IMG/VR virus record: IMGVR_UViG_3300025392_000002
DNA length: 64,000 nt
Strand: one strand, 5' to 3'
From: a virus
Taxonomy: Duplodnaviria; Caudoviricetes
Shown here: positions 29,658-41,032 of the stretch, one piece after another
How positions within the stretch are numbered: the first letter of the stretch is position 1
Layout of the letters: the number at the start of each line of letters is the position of its first letter
Notes under the pieces: generated by a model
The model's database searches: none
The model's input: the letters and a program-made list of their open reading frames with translations, nothing else
What the model was told of the DNA's origin: nothing
Program-made: the position numbers and the translations under genes

Positions 29658-32600
29658 ATGGCAGAATTTAAATTAGGTAGAATTAAGTTTGTGTACCAAG
29701 GTGTATGGGCACAAAACTATGCATACGTTGTAGACGACGTAGTAACAGTCGGTGGAAAGACTTACATTTGTGTACAAAGTCATACTTCTACAAATTCAAC
29801 AACTGGATTTGCTACAGACTTAGCCGCTAATCCTACCAACTGGAATATAGTTGCTGATGGATCAAAATGGATTGGTAACTGGAATAACGGTACTTACTAT
29901 AACGTCGGCGACCAAGTTGCATACGGCGGTATTGTATACCAATGTTTAACATCACACACTAGTATTGCATCTAACGCTTCCATAACTGCTACAGGATTTA
30001 CAGTAAGTGCAGGAACTGCCACCTTAACTTACGCATCGCAAGTAGTACAACCATTTTTAGTAGGATCAACTATTACCCTAGCAGGATTTAGTCCTGCACA
30101 AACTACAGGAACAGTTAATAACGTTAATGCTTCTTTTACAGTATTAACTTGTACAACTACTCAAATTACATTTGCCCTAACAGGTACTTATACTGTTTCA
30201 GTATTAGGTACAGTTTCAGGAACAACTCAACTTGGTTTAGAAAATGACCAGACTAAATGGGTTGCATTTGCCAGTAATTTTAACTGGGCACAAGGTTGGA
30301 CTACTAACTATCGTTACAAAGTTCGAGACTTAGTTACAAACGGTGGTTATACTTATGTTTGTAATACTGCACACGTTAGTGCTAACACAATCGCACTTGG
30401 ATTAGAAAATGATTTACCAAAGTGGGATATATTTAATGCTGGTATCATTTATAGAAATGCGTGGAGCGGAAGTAGTGTAACATATCGTGCAAACGATATC
30501 GTAACTTATGGTGCAGATCTTTGGATTTGTACAACAGCACATACTTCGACTGGTTCGACATTAGACATTACAAAATTTAGTTTGTTTGTTAGTGGATTTG
30601 AATTTTCAAATAGCTGGAGTGCTACATCAAATTATGTTATCGGCGACATGGTAACTTATGGTGGTTATACTTATACTGCAATTCAAAACGGTATTAATCA
30701 AATCCCTAGTACTGCTACCGGTTACTGGCAACCATTTACTACTGGATTTAATTTCCGTGGAGATTGGTCTAGTGCAAATAGTTATAAAGTTGGAGATGTT
30801 GCTCGCGTTGGAGGATACACTTATTCTGCCGCGTTAGATAATAGTGTTCAGTCAATACAAGCAATTGCCACCACTGTTTCAAGCGATATTACTCGCCCTA
30901 ATCAAATTACACTAGCAGGTCCTATAACACTTACTGCGGCAAGCGCAAGTACTGGCACTGCTACATTAACATTTGCATCACAAACACAAATCCCGTTTGC
31001 AGTTGGACAGACTATTGTTGTGTCTGGCGTAACACCTTCCGCATTTAATGGAACTTTTGTTGTTACAGGAACACCTAGTACAACTCAAGTACAGTATGCT
31101 TTAACTGGATCATTAACTGGAACAGCATTTGGTACAGTATCGGCAACTACAACGATACTAGCAGTTGGATTACCAATTACATTTGGTAGCGCATTAGGTA
31201 ATTTATTAACTACTCAACAATATTATGTAAACACTATTCCTGACAGTACACATTTTACTGTTACTACTACTCAGAATAGCGGCACTCCATTTGCATTAAT
31301 AAGTGCAACAGGCGTGAGTCTTGGTACTACAAATCCAAAACCTCCTTACACTACCTATTGGAATCAGTTAAACGCTGGATTTAGATGGAATCCAACTAAT
31401 AATACCTATTCAGCAGTTGCACAATCTAGTACAAGTGGTTCTGGTACAACAGCTACTTGGAATATTGTTGCAAAAAATACAGTTTATACTGTAACAAATA
31501 ACGCAACTGGTACTGGTTATAGTAATAACGATACAATTAGAATTTTAGGATCATCTCTAGGCGGCATAAGTCCAGCTAACGATTTAGTTATTACAGTCAC
31601 TGGTACAATCAGTGGTGCAATATCTACATATACATTTACTGGAATCTCATCTAGTTGGAGTACTGGGGTAACTTATGTAGCAGGTGATACTGTACTTTGG
31701 GGTGTAAGTAGCTACACTTGTGTACTGTCACATGTGAGTGCAACAGGCAACAGACCAGATAACGATGCAACTGGAACATATTGGAATTTACTTGCCAGTG
31801 GCGCAGAGTCAAGTGTACTAACTACACAAGGTGACATGTTCTACTATAGTGGTAACGGTCCAACTCGTTTGCCTATCGGTACAGATGGTCAAGTTTTACG
31901 TGTAAACAATACTAGCCCAGCATGGCAATATTATGGACAGATTAATAACATTGTATATGTTAGTCCAGCCGGTGTTGATACTTTGGCAAACGGCCAAGGA
32001 ACTACTATTGATAAGCCATGGGCCACTATTAGATACGCCTGCTATCAACTTGAAAATGGATATTTAAATCCTAATTCAAGTTTATTAATTGCAATTAACA
32101 AACAGTTCTTACAAAAAGAAGTGTATAACTACGTTACTTACACATATCAAGCAAGTGTAACCGGTACTGCCGCAGGCTCCTTTACCACAGCCAGCACTGC
32201 TGGGTTAACTGTAGGCATGCCTATTACATTCTCAGGACAAACAGGAAGTTTAACTTTAGCAACTTTGGCCATTTCTAATAATACTGTTTATTATGTTCAG
32301 GCTATTGTTGCAAATACAAGTTTCACTGTTGCAAGTAGTTACGGCGGAAGCGCATTAACTGCCGCAGGAACTGGTACTGCTACTGTAAAATACTATACAT
32401 CATTACCAACTGAAATTGAACGTGACACAGGTTACACTATTGATGGATTGGTATTTGATTTAGGTCACGGTGGAACATATAAAACAACTGTTAATACACA
32501 GGCATTTTTTAACTCTGCCGGTACTGACTATGTTAATAACTATGTAAAATATGAAATTCAACAGTTTATTGGCGCACAAAAATATTTACTAACACTACTT

Positions 32601-35600
32601 GGAAATATTTTAAGCAATACTGCACCTACTAACAACTACCAAGCATTAAATGGTATTAGTGCAGGTAGTCGTGCAATTCAAAACATAACAGGCGTTGCAA
32701 CTTCAAGTGTAGAGTCTTCTGCACTAACTACGATTACATCATTAAGCAACATAATTACTAACGCAATGACTTTAGGTAATACAAGCCAATTGCCAGCAGT
32801 AATTACTCCTGCAAATACTGTTAGTGTTAAAACAGGAACATACAACGAAATATTACCAATCGTTGTTCCATCTTACACTGCTATTGTCGGTGATGAACTA
32901 CGTAGTACTATTGTTCAACCAGCAGGCCCGATTAATAATTTAATAGTTGATAAACCTAAATCAGTTGCGGCACTTGTGCGTATGCAATCAATATTGCCAA
33001 ACTTATTAACTAATGCGACCGTAACAGCAAGTACTGGTAATACTCAAACACAGATTACTAATTTACCTTCCGGTGATACAGGAAGTCAGTCGGCAGTTAA
33101 TAGTGTTATGACTGGTATTGCTACTGTTCAGGACATGATTAATAACGGTTATCAAGCCGCGCCAGCATTTAGCTTTACACAACCAACTAACTATAACACA
33201 AGTTATCTTGTTGGATTTGGCGACGGTGCAACACAAATTAAAAATAACTACACATTCATCAAGTATGAAATTGCCAACTTTTTAATCTCGTATAACGTGC
33301 CGGCATGGAGTACTTACGGTACTACTAACCAAGTAGAGACTCTACGTGATATTGGATTTGTACTAGATGGATTGCAGTATGATATGACTTACGGTTGTAA
33401 TAATCAAAGTGTTATCAACGGTAGTTCATACTACTCATTAAACATTAATCAGATTGTTACAACATATCTACCAGCAACTATTGCCGCATTACAACGTGTA
33501 GCCGCAATTATCAGTCAGATTGTAACAGCAACTAGTGTAACAGCTACCGCGCAAAATGCTCCGTATACTGCAACACAGTCTACTAGCGGTACAGCAGGAT
33601 CGGCAGCCGCGGCCGCATTTGCGGCAGCTCGTGTGCAAGACGTTATCTATTGGTTACAAAACGGTTATGCTAATACAAGTACTGGTGTCACTACTGGTAG
33701 TATTTCAACAACTAACGGCGGAACATTGACAGTAACAGCAGTTACTAGCGGTACGTTAATACCAGGAATGCTACTTACTGGTACTGGTGTAAGCACTCCA
33801 ACATATATCGTAAATCAATCTACTGGAGTAACTGCAATCGCTAGCCCGACATTGGCAAGTGGTGGTAGTTCAGGAACCAATACATTTGTTGTATCAAGTG
33901 CAACTGGTATTGTTGCTGGCCAACTAGTAACTGGTAATAACATTCCAAACGGTTCGTATGTTATTTCATCATATACTCCAGGTACTACAACAATTACACT
34001 AGTTAACTACTGGGGATATCCAAGTAACTTTATTAGCCCAGGTAGTGGTACATACAATTTCTACACACCAGGTGGTACAGGTACTTACCTAGTAAGCACA
34101 AGTCAAACAGTAACAAGCACAACTATTACTGGCAATTCAACAATTACTCCTGTCTCAAGCGGTGCTTATGCATTGGCTCCGGCCGCATTGCAAACAGCCT
34201 ATACTATTGCAAATGCAAGAAATAGTGAAATTGCAAGTGATGCTCAAGTATGGGTACAGAAATATTATCAAGCATACTCAATTAGTACATCATTGACTAA
34301 CAGAGATGCTGGCTTAGTTGCCGCAGGGCTTTCTTGGGATTTATTATTACAAACAAACTTTAATAGCATTGCAATTGGCCGTGCTTACAACCGTTTGAAT
34401 ACTAGTGCTCTAGCGTTGTTAGCTAATGCCAATAACGAATTAGTTGCTACACTGGGTGCTTTAAACTTTGTCGGTTATAAGATGAAACAGATTGTGTCTA
34501 GTGGTTCTGTAATTAGAGCGCAAACAACAATCGATGACATGATTCAGTCAATTTACGGAACTGTATCAACAACATTGTCAGTAGCAACAACAAGCACAAA
34601 CGTATTAACAGTAGGAACTACAGCTACCGTTCAACCAGGTATGCAAATTTCGTTTACTGGACTACCAGCAAATATTACAACTACTGCAACCGGTACAACA
34701 ACTAGTACAAACGTAATTACATTATCTGCTACTGTAGCAAGTTTAGGCATTGCGGCTGGACAACAAGTTTACTTTACAGGCGCAGTTGTTGGAAATTTAG
34801 TTCCTAACCAAATGTACTATATAATCAATCCAACTGGTAGTACTATTCAAGTTAGTAATACATTTGGTGGTTCAGCAATAGTATTGAATACTGCTACACC
34901 CGCTACCGCTATGAACGTAATTGTTAACAATGCTGGCGGATTATGGAACAACTACATTTACTATGTGAACACAGTTATTAGCGGAACTACACTAACAATT
35001 ACTTCAAGTTATAAGAGTGGTACAGCTCTTGTAATTACAAATACTGTTAGCGCCATGACTGCTGTGGCAACTATTAATGCAAGTAGTCAACTTGCAGGTG
35101 CAGTGGCAGGTGCAGAGCGCAATGGTACACTAACTTATGATAACACACTAACTACTATTCAAGGTGCAGAAATATTACGTGCTAATATTAACTTCCTAGC
35201 ATACGAAGGTAGTGCATATACAGCCGCAACTTATGGTGGAACTGTAACTACTACAGCAAGTACTAGCGGAACAATTACAACTAGTTCTGCTCATAACTTA
35301 ACCATCGGCGATCCTGTAAACTTTACAGCAACAACAGTTGTAAGTACAGTTACAGCAACAAATACTAACGGAAATATTACAGTTCTTAATACTACTGGCA
35401 TGGTAGTTAATATGCCAGTGACTTTCTCGGGATCTATGTTTGGCGGATTAAGTAGTAGTACAACATACTATCTCAGAAGTGTTAGTGGTAATACTATTAC
35501 ATTGAGTACAGCATATCCAGCAAGCGGAAGTTTATATACTCCTTCAAGCACTTCAACTGGATCTGCAACTATAACTGTTGGTGGACTATTTGGTGGACTA

Positions 35601-38600
35601 AGTGCTACTACAATAACTGGTGCAACACAAGTTTATTGGGTATTGAGTACTCCAACACCAACAACATTTACAGTTTCTACAACACAGTCTGGTTATGGAA
35701 CACAAAGTACCTCAAGTTGGCAAGCTGCCAACGGTGTTGCTACAGTAACTTACTATTATAGTACAGCTAAATGTATTCGTGACACAACAAATATTGTTAA
35801 TGCTTTAGTATATGATTTGCAATTCCCAGGGAATTATAAATCGATGAGAGCGGTAGAGTTGTATAACAATGCTATTAGCGGTTCTGCTACTAAGAATATG
35901 TTCTTAGTTCGCAATGCAACTGGTCTTCGCAATATGACCATGAACGGTTTAACTGGCGCATTAAGTGCGGCCAACGCTAACTTTACAAAACGTCCAACTG
36001 CCGGTGCGTATGCAAGTTTAGACCCAGGCTTTGGGCCAAACGATGCTAACAGCTGGATCTATGCTCGTTCATGCTATACACAAAACTGTACAATGTTTGG
36101 ATATGCTTGCATAGGCGCTAAGGTGGACGGTGCATTACACGCTGGCGGCAATCGTTCTATGGTTGCTAACGACTATACAACTATTATTGGTGACGGTATT
36201 GGATACTGGGTAACTGGTAGTAACGCAGTAGCTGAATTGGTTTCAGTGTTCAACTACTACGGTTATTCTGGATACCTAGCAGAATTAGGCGGTAAGATTC
36301 GTGCTACTAACGGTAACAGTTCATACGGTACATACGGTGTACTAGCTGAAGGTGTTGATACATTTGAAACTCCTATCTATGGAACATTGAACAATAGAAA
36401 TTTCCAAGCACAAATTACAAGTGTTGTAACAAACGCCGCAGACTTCTTGTGGAGACTTGAATTTGCCAATGCTGGTAATAACTACACAAATACAACGCAC
36501 ACACTAAGTTCTCCAGGTTACGGTACTGTAATCGTAGCAGACGAATTTAGAGATGCCGGCGTATTTGAAACACGATTAATTGATAACGGTGATGGTACTA
36601 CAACCAGTGTTGGTGGTACCAGTTATGTATCAGCTGTTAACACAGCACAATTACCGCAAGGTACTTCAACTGGTTTATTAGTACTAGCCGCTACCGATAC
36701 AGCATTAACAAATGCTTATAATGGTATGCGTGTTCAAATTGTAACAGGTACTGCTGTAGGTCAATATGCCAACATTTTAGCGTATTCAAATGGTAGTAAA
36801 AATGCTTTAATTGTTAAAGACAGTTTTGCTCCATTAATTATAACTGCTGCCGCAACAACAAATAACTTGTTTACGGTCACAAGTACTGCCGGTATGTATG
36901 CTGGTATGCCAGTATATGTTGCTAGTCCATTTAGTTCATTATTAGCAACACAAACTGTTTACTATGTAAACTCAGCTAACTTTTCTGCAACTCAGTTTCA
37001 GTTAAGTTTAACTTCTGGAGGTTCAGGAACTGCGGTTACTGTTGGTAGTAACGTATCAGCTTCGACTGTTTCAATTACAGCAACAACTATTACAAATAAC
37101 TTATTGACTGTCACTCCTATAACAGTAACAGTTAATTCAAGTAGCGGTACTACAATTACATTAAGTTCAAGTGCTACTTTAACTGTTGGCGCTCCAATTG
37201 TATTCTCAAGTGCAGTTGGTAGTGTTATAACTTCAGGAACAACTTATTATGTACAAGCAAGTTCGGGTACAAGTTTAAGTATTGCAACTTCTGCAGGAGG
37301 TTCAGCAGTTAGTGTTGGTACAACTACTGGTCTAAGCGTTACAGCAACAGTTGATCCTGTAGCGGCAGGTCAAGCTATTACATTTAGTGCTAGCTTTAAT
37401 GGTATTGATGCTAACACAACATACTTTGTTTCATCAGTAAACCTTAGTACCAGTGCATTTGCACTAGCAAGAGATCCATGGACAAGTACTACCGTAACTA
37501 TTACAGCAACTGGTAGTGTAACTCAAACAGGAACAATAGGATCAGCAATGTATGCCGCTGGTTGGGATCATGTATTACCTGGTTACACTATTAACAATGC
37601 TCCAGATTTAACTTCAGGATATATTGTTGAGCCAAGAATAAACTACTCTGCTCCAGGTTACACAGCCACAGCAAGAACATTAACAAATGCTGTTACAGGC
37701 GGAGCATTAGCCTACGGTAACGGTCGTTATGTTACTGTTGGAACTGGTACTACTACTAATATTTCAACAGATGGTAAATCTTGGTCGAACGGTGGTACTT
37801 TAACTAGCTCAACTTGGAATAGCGTTGTATATGGCGGTGGTTCAGGTGCTACAGCTACAGCAGTAGTTGGCGGCCTAGGCGGCACTGGTGCAGTATTGCA
37901 AGCAGTTGTTGGTACTGGTGCATTTAACCAACAGATTGTTGGTATAACTATTGTTAACGGTGGATACAATTATCTAACTCCTCCAAATATTACTATTGTT
38001 GGCGGTGGTGGCGCAGGTGCATCTGCTATTTGTACAGTATTAAACGGTGCAATCCAAACTGTAACTATTAGTATTAGCGGTTCTGGATACACAAGCGCAC
38101 CTACTGTGACAGCAGTAACTAGTATTGTTTCAAGTATTACTGCAAACAGCTGGGGTAAGAACTACTTTGTAAACCCAACGGTTACAATTAGTCAACCGCA
38201 AGGACTAAGCCCAACTGCATATCCAACAAATACTTTAATCACTCAAGGAACATACTATCAAACAGCCGTAGGAAGAATTTATCTTTGCGTAACTGGTGGT
38301 ACAACTAGTGCAACTGTTCCATCATTTGATTATTTGACTGCTAGTGGATATACTAATATTCAAAACGGTAGTGCATATCTTACATACATTGCAACACAAG
38401 CACAAGTATCTACACCAACATTGACTAATGCAGGTGTAAGTGCTTTACCGTTAAGTGTTTCTGGTTATGGATATACATCAACACCAACAGTTACTATTGT
38501 TGACGGTGTAGCAAAATTCATTGCAATCAGTAATAGTGCAAGTACTAGTACCAATACAGCTTATAGTTCAAATAATGGTACCACTTGGACCAATACTACA

Positions 38601-41012
38601 ACTACTGTTCTAAACTTAAGATCTTTAGCTTATGGTAACGGTTTATACATTGCTGTTGGAGGTGCCTCTGGTTCAGCATCAGCAGTATCAACAACAGATA
38701 TTACAACTGGTTGGAGTAATAAATCAAGTAATATTACAGCTCTTGTATCAGGCTACTATTCAGCTATTGTATACGGTGGATCATATTTTGTTGCCGTACA
38801 AAACGGTGCATTAATTACTAGTGTTACACAAAACGGTAACACTTGGGTACAAGGCGCTAATTTACCATCAGGATTTACTACAGCAGTAAGTATGGCATAT
38901 GGTAATAATCGTTATGTAGTACTAGGTTCAGACGGTAAAGTTGCTTATAGTATCAACAACGGTGGTACACAAACAGTTGCAGGTTGGACCTTAGCTCCAG
39001 CATGTACCGGTACAACAACAAGTGTATTGTCATCAAGCTATACTTGGACTTCTATCACTTATGGTGAAGGCCAGTTCGTCGCAGTATCGCAAGGTACCGT
39101 AGCGGCAACCAGCTGGGACGGTATCAACTGGACAGTAAGAACATTACCAACAAGTACAAACTGGGGCAGTGTTGCATTTGGTAACCCAATCAGTACTACA
39201 TTAGGACCACAGCCATTGTTTGTTGCAGTGACTAGTAGCGGTACAACAGCAGCCGCAAGTATTAGAACAGGCGCTCAGCCGATAGGTCGTATGAAGGCAG
39301 CCAGCGGTTCTATTACTGAAATTCGTATGATAGAGCCAGGAAGTGGTTTCCCTAAAGGTAACGTTACTTCAACAGTTGCATCTACTACAGTAACAGTTAA
39401 TTCTAGTAGTACTACAACTATCACATTAAGTGCTAGTGCTACACTAACTGTTGGTGCACCAGTCACATTTGCTAGTGCTGTTGGAACATTGACTGCTGGT
39501 ACTGTATATTATGTACAAGCAAGTTCAGGTACAAGTTTAAGCGTAGCGGCAACTCCAACTGGTTCAGCAATTAGCGTTGGTACAACTACTGGTCTAAGTG
39601 TAGTTGCTACAATTCAAGCAGTACTGGTTGTAGACGATACAACAAACTTATCAACAAGTATTGCTAATAATCAACCAGTTGAATTTAGCGTAGCCAGTGG
39701 AACATTAACAACTAATACTACTTACTATGTAATTGGTTCAAGTGTTGGAACATCAACATTCCAAGTAACTACAACTGCGGGTAGCATTACACCAGTATCA
39801 TTAACATCTAGTACACCAACTAGTATGATTTATACTGCTGGACCGTTTGTTCAACAGTTCGATACTAACAGAGTTAAAACAGCGGCTACTCGTGTACGCA
39901 CAAGCTATGGAATCCTGGCAAACCCAAGTATTACTAACAAGGGTCTTGGAAACAGTACTGCAACTGTGTCTACATTAGGCGATGGATATGCAGATTTGTT
40001 CCAAAATAGTGCTTACATACAAGTATCTGGTTTATACAGTATGCCTAGTGCAGGTGCTAACGTACAATTTGGTACAACATACACTGGTGTTCCTTGGACT
40101 CCAAGTACTGTGGTTAGAACTGGCGTACAATTAATTGCAACTAACGCGGTAACTGTTGGTAGTACAACAACATTCTACTATAACGTATATACGGTTACCA
40201 ACGGTGGAACAACTGGTACAAGTGCTCCGACAAGTACAGCGGCAAGTGTATCAGATGGTACTGCAACATTAAGCTATGTTGGACAAAATCCAAATGCATG
40301 GTATAAGCTAGTTGCTATTACTAACCAGTTAGGTATTGCCGGAGCATATACAGCACAGTTCCAAGTTAACCCTGCGTTAACTACTCTTACTGCGCCTGTA
40401 CATGGTGTGTTAATTACAACACGTTTGAAGTACAGCCAGGTTCGTTTAACTGGACATGACTTCTTGTATATCGGTACTGGTAACCAAACACAGACTAACT
40501 ATCCATATGTTAATGCGGCAAATGCAATACAGGCAAATCAGCAGTATCCTGTAGCTGGCGGGCGTGTGTTCTTTACAAGTACTGACCAAGACGGTAACTT
40601 TAACGTTGGTAACTTGTTTGGAGTTCAACAGTCAACTGGTACTGCTACATTGAACGCTAGTGCGTTTAACTTAGCTGGATTGCAGAGTTTGACCTTGGGT
40701 GCTATTAACTTAGGTGTTGGATCTGCTACAGTTACACAATTTAGTACAGATCCGTACTTTACAGCTAACAGCGACAACATCGTTCCAACACAAAAAGCAA
40801 TTAAGAGCTATATTACAGCTCAAATTGGTGGCGGATCGAGTAGTTTGAACGTAAATACACTAACCGCTGGACAGATATATATTGCTAATAACAGTATTGG
40901 TTTGGCAGCTACCGTTACTGGTACCACAACAATTAACGTTACTAGTAAATTGAACTTTACAGGTGGTATCGATGGTGCACCAGTATCATTAGCATACTTT
41001 ATGCAAAAATAA
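29658..41012 (+). CDS. giant virion structural/fibre protein B (3784 aa), paralogue of A
   Basis: MAEFKLGR start, same domain order as 20800..29610; late box 29632-29637. Confidence 0.8.
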   Translation: MAEFKLGRIKFVYQGVWAQNYAYVVDDVVTVGGKTYICVQSHTSTNSTTGFATDLAANPTNWNIVADGSKWIGNWNNGTYYNVGDQVAYGGIVYQCLTSHTSIASNASITATGFTVSAGTATLTYASQVVQPFLVGSTITLAGFSPAQTTGTVNNVNASFTVLTCTTTQITFALTGTYTVSVLGTVSGTTQLGLENDQTKWVAFASNFNWAQGWTTNYRYKVRDLVTNGGYTYVCNTAHVSANTIALGLENDLPKWDIFNAGIIYRNAWSGSSVTYRANDIVTYGADLWICTTAHTSTGSTLDITKFSLFVSGFEFSNSWSATSNYVIGDMVTYGGYTYTAIQNGINQIPSTATGYWQPFTTGFNFRGDWSSANSYKVGDVARVGGYTYSAALDNSVQSIQAIATTVSSDITRPNQITLAGPITLTAASASTGTATLTFASQTQIPFAVGQTIVVSGVTPSAFNGTFVVTGTPSTTQVQYALTGSLTGTAFGTVSATTTILAVGLPITFGSALGNLLTTQQYYVNTIPDSTHFTVTTTQNSGTPFALISATGVSLGTTNPKPPYTTYWNQLNAGFRWNPTNNTYSAVAQSSTSGSGTTATWNIVAKNTVYTVTNNATGTGYSNNDTIRILGSSLGGISPANDLVITVTGTISGAISTYTFTGISSSWSTGVTYVAGDTVLWGVSSYTCVLSHVSATGNRPDNDATGTYWNLLASGAESSVLTTQGDMFYYSGNGPTRLPIGTDGQVLRVNNTSPAWQYYGQINNIVYVSPAGVDTLANGQGTTIDKPWATIRYACYQLENGYLNPNSSLLIAINKQFLQKEVYNYVTYTYQASVTGTAAGSFTTASTAGLTVGMPITFSGQTGSLTLATLAISNNTVYYVQAIVANTSFTVASSYGGSALTAAGTGTATVKYYTSLPTEIERDTGYTIDGLVFDLGHGGTYKTTVNTQAFFNSAGTDYVNNYVKYEIQQFIGAQKYLLTLLGNILSNTAPTNNYQALNGISAGSRAIQNITGVATSSVESSALTTITSLSNIITNAMTLGNTSQLPAVITPANTVSVKTGTYNEILPIVVPSYTAIVGDELRSTIVQPAGPINNLIVDKPKSVAALVRMQSILPNLLTNATVTASTGNTQTQITNLPSGDTGSQSAVNSVMTGIATVQDMINNGYQAAPAFSFTQPTNYNTSYLVGFGDGATQIKNNYTFIKYEIANFLISYNVPAWSTYGTTNQVETLRDIGFVLDGLQYDMTYGCNNQSVINGSSYYSLNINQIVTTYLPATIAALQRVAAIISQIVTATSVTATAQNAPYTATQSTSGTAGSAAAAAFAAARVQDVIYWLQNGYANTSTGVTTGSISTTNGGTLTVTAVTSGTLIPGMLLTGTGVSTPTYIVNQSTGVTAIASPTLASGGSSGTNTFVVSSATGIVAGQLVTGNNIPNGSYVISSYTPGTTTITLVNYWGYPSNFISPGSGTYNFYTPGGTGTYLVSTSQTVTSTTITGNSTITPVSSGAYALAPAALQTAYTIANARNSEIASDAQVWVQKYYQAYSISTSLTNRDAGLVAAGLSWDLLLQTNFNSIAIGRAYNRLNTSALALLANANNELVATLGALNFVGYKMKQIVSSGSVIRAQTTIDDMIQSIYGTVSTTLSVATTSTNVLTVGTTATVQPGMQISFTGLPANITTTATGTTTSTNVITLSATVASLGIAAGQQVYFTGAVVGNLVPNQMYYIINPTGSTIQVSNTFGGSAIVLNTATPATAMNVIVNNAGGLWNNYIYYVNTVISGTTLTITSSYKSGTALVITNTVSAMTAVATINASSQLAGAVAGAERNGTLTYDNTLTTIQGAEILRANINFLAYEGSAYTAATYGGTVTTTASTSGTITTSSAHNLTIGDPVNFTATTVVSTVTATNTNGNITVLNTTGMVVNMPVTFSGSMFGGLSSSTTYYLRSVSGNTITLSTAYPASGSLYTPSSTSTGSATITVGGLFGGLSATTITGATQVYWVLSTPTPTTFTVSTTQSGYGTQSTSSWQAANGVATVTYYYSTAKCIRDTTNIVNALVYDLQFPGNYKSMRAVELYNNAISGSATKNMFLVRNATGLRNMTMNGLTGALSAANANFTKRPTAGAYASLDPGFGPNDANSWIYARSCYTQNCTMFGYACIGAKVDGALHAGGNRSMVANDYTTIIGDGIGYWVTGSNAVAELVSVFNYYGYSGYLAELGGKIRATNGNSSYGTYGVLAEGVDTFETPIYGTLNNRNFQAQITSVVTNAADFLWRLEFANAGNNYTNTTHTLSSPGYGTVIVADEFRDAGVFETRLIDNGDGTTTSVGGTSYVSAVNTAQLPQGTSTGLLVLAATDTALTNAYNGMRVQIVTGTAVGQYANILAYSNGSKNALIVKDSFAPLIITAAATTNNLFTVTSTAGMYAGMPVYVASPFSSLLATQTVYYVNSANFSATQFQLSLTSGGSGTAVTVGSNVSASTVSITATTITNNLLTVTPITVTVNSSSGTTITLSSSATLTVGAPIVFSSAVGSVITSGTTYYVQASSGTSLSIATSAGGSAVSVGTTTGLSVTATVDPVAAGQAITFSASFNGIDANTTYFVSSVNLSTSAFALARDPWTSTTVTITATGSVTQTGTIGSAMYAAGWDHVLPGYTINNAPDLTSGYIVEPRINYSAPGYTATARTLTNAVTGGALAYGNGRYVTVGTGTTTNISTDGKSWSNGGTLTSSTWNSVVYGGGSGATATAVVGGLGGTGAVLQAVVGTGAFNQQIVGITIVNGGYNYLTPPNITIVGGGGAGASAICTVLNGAIQTVTISISGSGYTSAPTVTAVTSIVSSITANSWGKNYFVNPTVTISQPQGLSPTAYPTNTLITQGTYYQTAVGRIYLCVTGGTTSATVPSFDYLTASGYTNIQNGSAYLTYIATQAQVSTPTLTNAGVSALPLSVSGYGYTSTPTVTIVDGVAKFIAISNSASTSTNTAYSSNNGTTWTNTTTTVLNLRSLAYGNGLYIAVGGASGSASAVSTTDITTGWSNKSSNITALVSGYYSAIVYGGSYFVAVQNGALITSVTQNGNTWVQGANLPSGFTTAVSMAYGNNRYVVLGSDGKVAYSINNGGTQTVAGWTLAPACTGTTTSVLSSSYTWTSITYGEGQFVAVSQGTVAATSWDGINWTVRTLPTSTNWGSVAFGNPISTTLGPQPLFVAVTSSGTTAAASIRTGAQPIGRMKAASGSITEIRMIEPGSGFPKGNVTSTVASTTVTVNSSSTTTITLSASATLTVGAPVTFASAVGTLTAGTVYYVQASSGTSLSVAATPTGSAISVGTTTGLSVVATIQAVLVVDDTTNLSTSIANNQPVEFSVASGTLTTNTTYYVIGSSVGTSTFQVTTTAGSITPVSLTSSTPTSMIYTAGPFVQQFDTNRVKTAATRVRTSYGILANPSITNKGLGNSTATVSTLGDGYADLFQNSAYIQVSGLYSMPSAGANVQFGTTYTGVPWTPSTVVRTGVQLIATNAVTVGSTTTFYYNVYTVTNGGTTGTSAPTSTAASVSDGTATLSYVGQNPNAWYKLVAITNQLGIAGAYTAQFQVNPALTTLTAPVHGVLITTRLKYSQVRLTGHDFLYIGTGNQTQTNYPYVNAANAIQANQQYPVAGGRVFFTSTDQDGNFNVGNLFGVQQSTGTATLNASAFNLAGLQSLTLGAINLGVGSATVTQFSTDPYFTANSDNIVPTQKAIKSYITAQIGGGSSSLNVNTLTAGQIYIANNSIGLAATVTGTTTINVTSKLNFTGGIDGAPVSLAYFMQK
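37122..37345 (+). repeat. duplicated ~75-aa module, second copy ~39387-39610
   Basis: TVTVNSSS.TTITLS.SATLTVGAP..F.SAVG...YYVQASSGTSLS...VGTTTGLSV in both copies. Confidence 0.85.
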
Positions 41013-41032
41013 AAATTTTGGAGAAATAAAAA

